A DNA stretch of 18,655 nt. Source: Promethearchaeota archaeon. GTDB taxonomy: Archaea; Asgardarchaeota; Thorarchaeia; Thorarchaeales; Thorarchaeaceae. Position 1 is the stretch's first letter; each line of letters starts with the position of its first letter. Where the stretch lies: positions 1 to 18,655 of the forward strand of contig JALVPN010000039.1 in NCBI GenBank assembly GCA_027031765.1. The letters run 5' to 3'. Below the pieces are notes generated by a model. The model worked only from the letters and a program-made list of their open reading frames with translations. It did not search any database and was not told the origin of the DNA. The position numbers were made by a program, and so were the translations under genes. Shown here piece after piece: positions 7,840 to 15,500 of this stretch.

Positions 7840-8114
7840 ACAGGGTGCTCTGTCTGGCCGATGCATAGTGGGGCCTACAACCGCGCAACAGCGCAACAGC
7901 GTCAGAGCCCGGCCACACATACACGTAGGCAAGTGTGTGTCGGAGATTACCAGTACCATGTATCCTGACATGTGGACTATCATGAGGTGGCTGACACACT
8001 GTACGGCACCCGGGCTGGATGGGACAGGCGGCGTGCAGACAGGGGACTGTTGGTAGTGCCACTGGACGGTCGGGCCGGGTGTGGGACGCCATGTGGTGCC
8101 GGTGGTGGTTGCGG

Positions 8115-8354
8115 TCACTTGGTACGCCTGATGAACCAGACTATCTTCCCGTCCTCCTCACGCATCTCAAGGATCTCGTTCCCAGTGCGTTCGGCCCAAG
8201 CGGGGAAGTCCTTCTTGGTACCGACGTCTGTGGCAATCACCTTGAGGACCTGACCGACTTCAATCTCCTGTATCTCCTTCTTTGTCCGGAGTATTGGCAT
8301 TGGGCACCTGAGCCCGCTCGCATCGAATGTCCTTGCAACTTCGTACTCTGTCAT
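8115..8354 (-). CDS. tusA: TusA family sulfur carrier protein (79 aa)
   Basis: FDASGLRCPMP (CPxP, Cys17), GQVLKVIATD and DFPAWAERTGNEIL. ATG 8354 gives the canonical size; the track start at 8543 is too long. Confidence 0.9.
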   Translation of the reverse strand: MTEYEVARTFDASGLRCPMPILRTKKEIQEIEVGQVLKVIATDVGTKKDFPAWAERTGNEILEMREEDGKIVWFIRRTK

Positions 8355-8528
8355 GGTTCGGTCGAGCAGCTCTGGTAGAGGACACAATTTATGCGTTCCT
8401 GTGACGCAAAACGGACATCTCGTGGTCCCGTCGGTTGCAGGGTGTAATGGGTGTGGACTCTGTCTATCCCATTTCGACACATTTTTCTTTGTGGGGGGAA
8501 ACAGTGGACAGCCATCAGGTGATTGAGG

Positions 8529-8927
8529 ATGATTGTTTTCCAACTGCTACTGTTCGTCCTGTTCGCGCTGGCCCTGAGCAACATGTTCTCGGGGTTCATG
8601 CTTGCGCGGAGGATGGGAATGTACCTCATGATGCAGGTGATGGTGCTCATGCTGGCCATGCTGCTGGGGCTTGTGTCCCTGGTGGTGGGCTTTCTGTCTG
8701 CGCCGACGGGCGCCGTGTTCGAGCTGCAGCACCTCCTGCTGATAGGGGTCTTTGTGCTCACACTGCTCGGCACGCTGATGGAGTTCGGGCAGGTGTTGCC
8801 AATACTGCTGAAGACCATGCAGGGCGGCCCGTTCCACAACTCGCACATAGCAACGCTGCTCGTGACACTGTTCCTGAGCCTGGCCATGGTAGTCCTGTAT
8901 GGCGGTCTTGTGACCACAGTCCCATAG
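8529..8927 (+). CDS. Hypothetical 4-TM membrane protein, Met-rich (132 aa)
   Basis: Four hydrophobic segments. GGTGA SD-like sequence precedes ATG 8529. The gene lies 15 nt upstream of the DsrE gene. Confidence 0.75.
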   Translation: MIVFQLLLFVLFALALSNMFSGFMLARRMGMYLMMQVMVLMLAMLLGLVSLVVGFLSAPTGAVFELQHLLLIGVFVLTLLGTLMEFGQVLPILLKTMQGGPFHNSHIATLLVTLFLSLAMVVLYGGLVTTVP

Positions 8928-8942
8928 GAGGCGAGTAGACGT

Positions 8943-9305
8943 ATGCCAAGCATATACATCATCGGACAGTGGGGCCCCGAAGCTGCGGAGAGGTGCTACG
9001 GCCCCTTCGTGACTGCGACCACTGCTCAGGCCTCAGACATAGAGGCGAAAGTGTTCCTCATGATGGACGCGGTGTACCTCATGAAGAAGGGAGTTGCCGA
9101 GAAGGTCAAGGCCCCCGGTTTCCCGCCCCTGCACGAGCTGATAACCGAGTTCCTTGACAATGGCGGCAAGGTCGAACTCTGTTCCAACTCGGCCGAGTTC
9201 AGGGGCATTACCGAGGCCGACCTCAGAGACCCACGCATCACGATTGCAGGCGCAGCCACGATGGTGGACGACGTCCTGAAATATGACAGGGTCATGTACT
9301 TCTAG
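8943..9305 (+). CDS. DsrE/DsrF-like family protein (120 aa)
   Basis: GPEAAERC...VFLMMDAVYL...GGKVELCSNSAEFRG...AGAA, with the conserved Cys80 and an extra Cys18. GGAGG SD at 8927-8931. Confidence 0.87.
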   Translation: MPSIYIIGQWGPEAAERCYGPFVTATTAQASDIEAKVFLMMDAVYLMKKGVAEKVKAPGFPPLHELITEFLDNGGKVELCSNSAEFRGITEADLRDPRITIAGAATMVDDVLKYDRVMYF

Positions 9306-9341
9306 ATCCGAGTCCAGAGGACCTCACACGGACAGCACAGC

Positions 9342-9398
9342 GTGTGAGGGGGTGCGGTGTACGTCGGCACCCTCTCACACCCACACTTTCTTCTTCTT
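9342..9398 (+). terminator. 14-bp hairpin plus pyrimidine tract between convergent genes
   Basis: 9342-9355 pairs with 9367-9380 (one G-U, 11-nt loop), followed by CCACACTTTCTTCTTCTT. Confidence 0.55.
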
Positions 9399-9598
9399 GG
9401 ACAGTCACACCAGTGTGGCAGTGCGTAGCACAGACCGGCACCACATGCTGTACGTCCACACCCCCTCTCCAGTCACTGACACCATGGCCGGTCGCGCAAG
9501 CATCATTGACATCCCGTGACTGGTCTGTGACTGGTCGGCGGGGATGGGGTGCGGGTGGTACGCGACGACACGTTGTCTGCCTGCTGTGCCCCCACCCA

Positions 9599-12500
9599 CT
9601 ACTGTTGCTGGGCCTGCTGTTCGTCAGGCCACTCTGCCGGCAACGAGCCCGTCAGGACGGACAGTCGCCTGCGGAGGACGAGTCCGGCAAGTGTGACGAT
9701 GACCGTACCACCGATGACCGGTGTTGACTCTGCACTCAGCGGGAGCACTGGGGGTGGCACTGATACGACTATGCTGAACGAGCGCGCCACAGAGGCTCCG
9801 GCGGGCAGACCGTGCAGGGTCACGTGGAGGCCGTACGTGCCGGTGGCATCGAGGCGGAGGGAGAGTGTGACAACGCACGAGGCGTTTACTGGCACCTCAC
9901 CCCGGTAGACAGTGGTACCGTTGTCCGATACTATGACGATTGTTGCAGTGCCGTTCCAGACCTCAGGGACACCAGCGACCTCGACCGCAAGGCTGAGGGT
10001 GCCCTCCTGTCCGACGACGAGGGTGGCCTCACGCAAAGACACGCTTGCAGTGGGTACCACAACTACTTGGCACTGGGCGGAAGAGGGGGCGTAGATGTCG
10101 TTGCCCCGGAAGGATATGTGGAACTGGTACACACCGGCGAGCAGTGGCCCAACGTCCACCAAGGCGGTGCCAGACATGTCGGTGACGACCGTCAGGGAGG
10201 TCACTGTCGAGCCGGTGACGTTGGAGACCACCTCCACGGAGAGTGTGGCACCGCGGATTTTCTGCACGCCGCTGGTGAGAGTGGTGTGTAGTACCAGCGG
10301 TTCAGGATAGGTGGTGTTTGTTGGTGGTGACACTGCGACCTGCGTGGCATAGCGCACGAGGCATACCAGTGACAGGGACGCATTGGAGAGGTGGTCATCG
10401 CCGTCGAAGGACACGAGGACAGAGTAGTTACCTGCCTGCTGCGGCGTCCACTCGAAAGACGCCACCCCGCTTGCTGAGTCGATGCTTGCCCAGCCAGACA
10501 ACAGACCGCCGATGACGTAGGAGCCATCCGGGGCCACGACACAGGCCCTCAGCGAGACAGGCGACACCACTGCACCGAGGGAGTCCACCACTGTCACATC
10601 GATGCTGTGGGCCACGGCAATGGTCCCCGGGAGCGTGCTGTCCACGACCACAATGGACGTATGGGCGGTCACCTCGAAGGCCCACGAGGTGTTGGAGCCC
10701 AGACGGTCGGGTGCAGTGACGGAGACCTCTAGGTGGTAGCTCCCAGTGGGCAGACCGTGGAGGGCAAGGTGTGTGCACGATGCGTTGTACGAGAGGCGGT
10801 CGGCAAGCATGACGGGGCCGGTGGGACCGACAAGCGAGATGTCCATGGAGCAGGTCTCAGGGGGGACCACCATGCCGAGCTCGTCAACCACCCTCACGAC
10901 GATGGCGCTGTTACTTGCCCTGTCGAGTGTGGACGGCCCGTAGACCTCAAGGCTGGTGGTGCCGACGACGAAGACAGTGACAGAGGCCGTGGACGCATAG
11001 TAGTGCTCTGTCCGGTTGAACCTGAACACGAGCGTGTAGTTGCCCATGGCATGCAGGGTCACGTTGAGGCGCTGTGGCCCCTCACCGTACTGTGTGAGGG
11101 TGCCTGATGCGACCACGCCCGATACTTCATGGAAGGCCCTGTAAGAGACCGTGCGGCCCTCAAGTGTGTGGCCGCTAGCGTCGGTCAACAGCACCTCGAG
11201 GACAACGGGGCTGCGTCCCGCCACCAGCTGCCCTGTGCTCACCACCGTGACACTGAGCACGGTCGAAATACGGACGTGGACCTCTACAGTGAGCGTTGCC
11301 GGGAGGTATACGCCGGCGCCACCGAACTCTGCGGTGACGGTCCAGGAGCCCGCGGCAGACAGCACGGTCGACCACTCGATATGGCCGGTAGCATTCGTGA
11401 CCAGTGTGACCGGACCTACAGTGGCTGGTCCCGATACACCGACTCTGACCTCCATTCCGGCAAGCACCTCGCCTGTCTGTGTCCGCAGCTTCGTGACGAA
11501 CAGCAGTGGGTCGCCGAGCTCGATCTCGACAGGGGAGGACAGGAGGTCAAGCTGGGTGGCAACAAAGACCGTGTGTGATGAGTCGCTACTGCACGGGTGA
11601 ACAGCGGTCGAGCCCTGGGACTCGATGTGTACACGGTAGAGACCGAATGTGTCCGGAGTGAAGGAGACCGTTCCTGTCCCGTCCTCCACCTGTACTCTGG
11701 CGTACGGGAGGGCGCCGAAGAGCACAGTGTTGCCGTTCGGGTCGGTCACATGCACGGTGACTGTCAGGCCAGAAAGTGGCGCCCCGAGCTCGCTGGACGC
11801 GTGTACTGTGAGCACCAGTGGTGAGCCCATGACCGGGGTCTCTGGTCGCACTGTGGTGTGGACGATGCAGTCTGTCATAACTGTGAGCTCCCCCTCGGTG
11901 CCGCAGCCCAGGAGGAACTCCTCAGGCACGGGAGCAGCCCTGACGGTCAACAGTCCGTGCGTCTGGTTGGCATGGTAGGTGACGGTAGCGGTACCGTTCT
12001 CGTCTGTGGCAACGGTGGTCGTCCAGATGGGGACGAGGTCCTGTCCGAGCACCTGGAACAACACCACGACCCCCTGCCGGTCACTTGCAACGGAGAGGTT
12101 GTAGCAGATTGACACGCTGTCGAACAGGTCCACAGGGTCGGCAGAAACTGTGATCGTGCCGCTGCCGACCTCCATGACAGACATAGTGCTTGAGTTGCTG
12201 GCGTCAAGGTAGTGGTCATCGCCCATGTGCACCACTGATACGTGGGCGGTCCCGCGCCGTGAGGGTAGCCAGTATACCGTGTCCGTACTGTTGGAAGAGG
12301 TGAACATCGCCTTGAAGACCGTGGTCCCGTCCATCTGGACCGTGAGCACGAGGGTGCGTTTCGGCACCGGTGCGCCCAACATGTCATGCAGACTCACTCT
12401 GAAGGCGGTCTCGGAGCCGACAGTGGCCGTGAGCGCGTGGTCGAGCATGATGACTGGCTGACAGCGCACCCTCTGGACGACTGTGGCCACGGCAGAGGCG

Positions 12501-15500
12501 TTCAGGCCTGAGCCCTCGAAGCTCGCGTTGACCAAGAAGTCCCCGACGACGTCAAACCTGTGTGTGATGACGCACGTCCCGTCCGCAGAGGTATGGAGGA
12601 GCTCAGAACGCACTGCTGTCCCGTTCCTGGTGATGGTGATGACAATGGGCAGGCCAGAGAGCGGGGCACCACGCCAGTCTTTGAGCGTGGTGACGATGGG
12701 TACGGTCTTGCCTTGCCACACAGGATAGCCGTCGAGGCTGAGTGTGAGCGTCGTAGTGCCCATTGCAGTGGCCTTCTCGGAGCCGGTGGTGCCGGTGAAC
12801 CAGCCCTGTGGGGCGACGGTATAGCTGACCGTAAGGAGGCCCGGGTGAGGGACGTAGACCGAGTAGATGATCCTGCCGTCGGGGCCAGTGGTGTTCGTGG
12901 CATTGAAGATGGCAGTACCGTCAAGCAGTACTCTGGTGTCTACCACTACCGATGCAGCAGGCCTATGTGACGTGTCTGTCATGGTGAGCACAAGTGTGTC
13001 CTCAGCCGGCGCACGGACGTCAGGGCTCCACGCGACTGTCAGGGAGATGTCTTCGGTCACGCCCGTGTCGAGTGAGGAGGTGGCCCGTTCGAACCAGTCC
13101 TGACGGGCGCTCGTTGCGTTCACCGTGTTGATGCCCCGCGCCGACGGTGTCCACACGACGATGAGGGTGCCGTTGTGGTCGGTGCTCCCGGTGTGGTCGA
13201 GCAGCACTACTTCGTCAGGAGCGGTGACGGTCACGGCCAGTGTGAGGCCTTCAATGGGGTTGCCAGTGTGGTCGGTGACGGTGACGCGGATCCAGCCCGG
13301 GGTGCCAACATGGGGCTGCTGGGAGGCCTCAACGGTCAGTGTCACCGGCACCCACAGTGTCGTCTCGGTCGCAGCGCTCGCACCACCACGGGACACGGAG
13401 CCTGCGTACTGGGCCGTCAGGCTGTACTTGCCAGGGCTGGCGGTAGACCATGCATACGAGACCATGCCGCTACTGTTCGTGAGGAGCAGTTCCTCGACCA
13501 CGGTGGTATCTGGCAGGTACACTATGCGGAGTGTGACCGGGGCGCCCACCACTGGCACACCGTGCGAGTCGGACACCTTGGCCCATACGCTCCAGCTGTC
13601 TGTGACCAGCCCCTCAGCTGGGGTCCCCCCTATGGACACCGAGGCCTGGTCCCAGGCCACACTCGACGCGTGTGCGCTGCTGGCAAGGAGGTGACCGGTG
13701 GCTGCATGTTCGGCAGAGAGGTTGTACTGTCCGTTTTCCTGCATTACGAAGGTCACGCACGCCATTCCAGTGCCGTTGGTCTGCACTGTGTCGTCAACTA
13801 CGGTAGTACCGGACGGTGCGACCACGACGACGTGTACGTACTGTCCCGCGATGGGCGCACCACCGTGGCCTGTCAGGCGGACCGTCTGGGTGACCTGGCT
13901 GTACTGGTCCAGAGTCCCATTGTCCAGCCACGTGAGGGCGGTCGCCTCATACACGTCGATAGTGCCGGACGTCTCCGTGCCCAACATGGTGCCGTTCTTC
14001 TCTGTGCGGAGCGTGTAGTTGAAGCGGCCGCGGGTCTGAGGTGTCCAGATGAAGTGCTGTCCGTGCCCTGCCGAGACCGCAGTGTCGTTGAACACCAGGG
14101 CGCCGGACTGGTCGCAGACATGCAGTGTGACCAGCTGTCCGACAACGTAGGAGCCGTTCTCGTCAAAGAGCAGCGACCATGGGATGACAAGGTGGGGGCC
14201 CAGGTCCGCAGTGATGTGGTCGTCGGCCTCAAAGTGTACTGGTACGGGCTTAACAATGGTCACTGGCTGACGCAGGACACACTGGTCGCAGTGGTTTCGT
14301 GTGAGGGTCACAGTGAGGTTGTAGATGCCAGCGGACAACCCGGTCGTGGGGACTGAGAACTCAAAGGGGCTGTACTCCCTGTAGTGGTACTCCACGTAGT
14401 TGGGAGGGTCACCGAGGCGTACCGTCACGTTTGTGAGCCCAGCGTCAGAGCCCGTGGCCAGTGTCCAGTCCACGGTACCGTTGATGGGGTCCCCGACGAG
14501 CACAGAAGACGTGGCGACTGATAGCGTGCCGTTGAGCGACGACCTCACCTCGAACCGTACCTCAGAGAACGAGCGTGACGCACCCCAGTCCACGACCATG
14601 AGCGCAAGGCGCGTCCAGCCGAGGTGTTCCGGATTGTTGGGGATGTCGAGGGAGACCGTCTGCTGACCGCTGACGCCCCTCAGCTCGTAACAGTCACCAA
14701 AGAGATACGCGCGTAGTGTGTGGTTGCCCGTCGGGGCTGTTATGTTGACCTCCACATCAATGGTGCCACCCAGAGTGGCAGTGCCCACCGCCTCTGCGGT
14801 CATGGACGACCCCGTCACCTCACGTATTTCAGGACGGAGGCCCAGAACGGACACCATCGTCAGTACGTCGGCAGTGAACACGGGTTGCCACAGGATGGTG
14901 GAGTTGTACCACCCGTCTGAGAACGGCCTGTCGCCAAGTGCCTGGAGGACCATGTCCCTGTCGATGGCCTCAAGGGAAACTGAGAACCCCGACTCGTTGA
15001 GCAGGGCGAGGGTCTGGACATCCATGCTCAGGTCCCAGAGGTCGTTGTACTGTATGCGTGCAGAAATGTTGGCGGAGATCTCAGAGGCCATCGAGGCCGT
15101 GACGAGGCCGAGGCGGAGTGCGGTGCGTGTGGACAGGAAGTCGACTGCCGGCTGGTGTCCTGCGAAGGGCCTGAGAGTCCAGCCCTCGGTCGACCAGTGG
15201 CCACCGAGGTACTCGGCCATGACAGCAGAGTCGAGGGCCGAACGGTGCTGGACCCAGTCAAGTGAGTCGATCATGAAGAGGGCCTCCACAGCAGCGACCG
15301 TGTACTGCATGTGCGGTGCTACCGGGTAGGTGCAGAGCCTGAAGTGACCGGAGTAGTGCTGGCGCCGAGAGACGTACGTCCGGACTGCGGAGACCTGTGC
15401 GTCTGTGAGCTCGTGGCCCGCTGCAAGGGACATCCCGGTGCCGAAGAGGTTGGTCCAGACGCTGCGTGTCCCGTACTGGTCGATGTAGTACTCGGGAGAG

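Noticed and set aside
8401-8420. c-di-GMP-I riboswitch (GACGCAAA word)
   Set aside because: The upstream GGCAAA and GAAA tetraloop elements and the P1 stem are absent.
5202-9305. Selenocysteine or pyrrolysine read-through in the radical SAM, TusA or DsrE genes
   Set aside because: All expected catalytic Cys are encoded as Cys, the proteins are full length at their stops, and no SECIS-like element was recognised.
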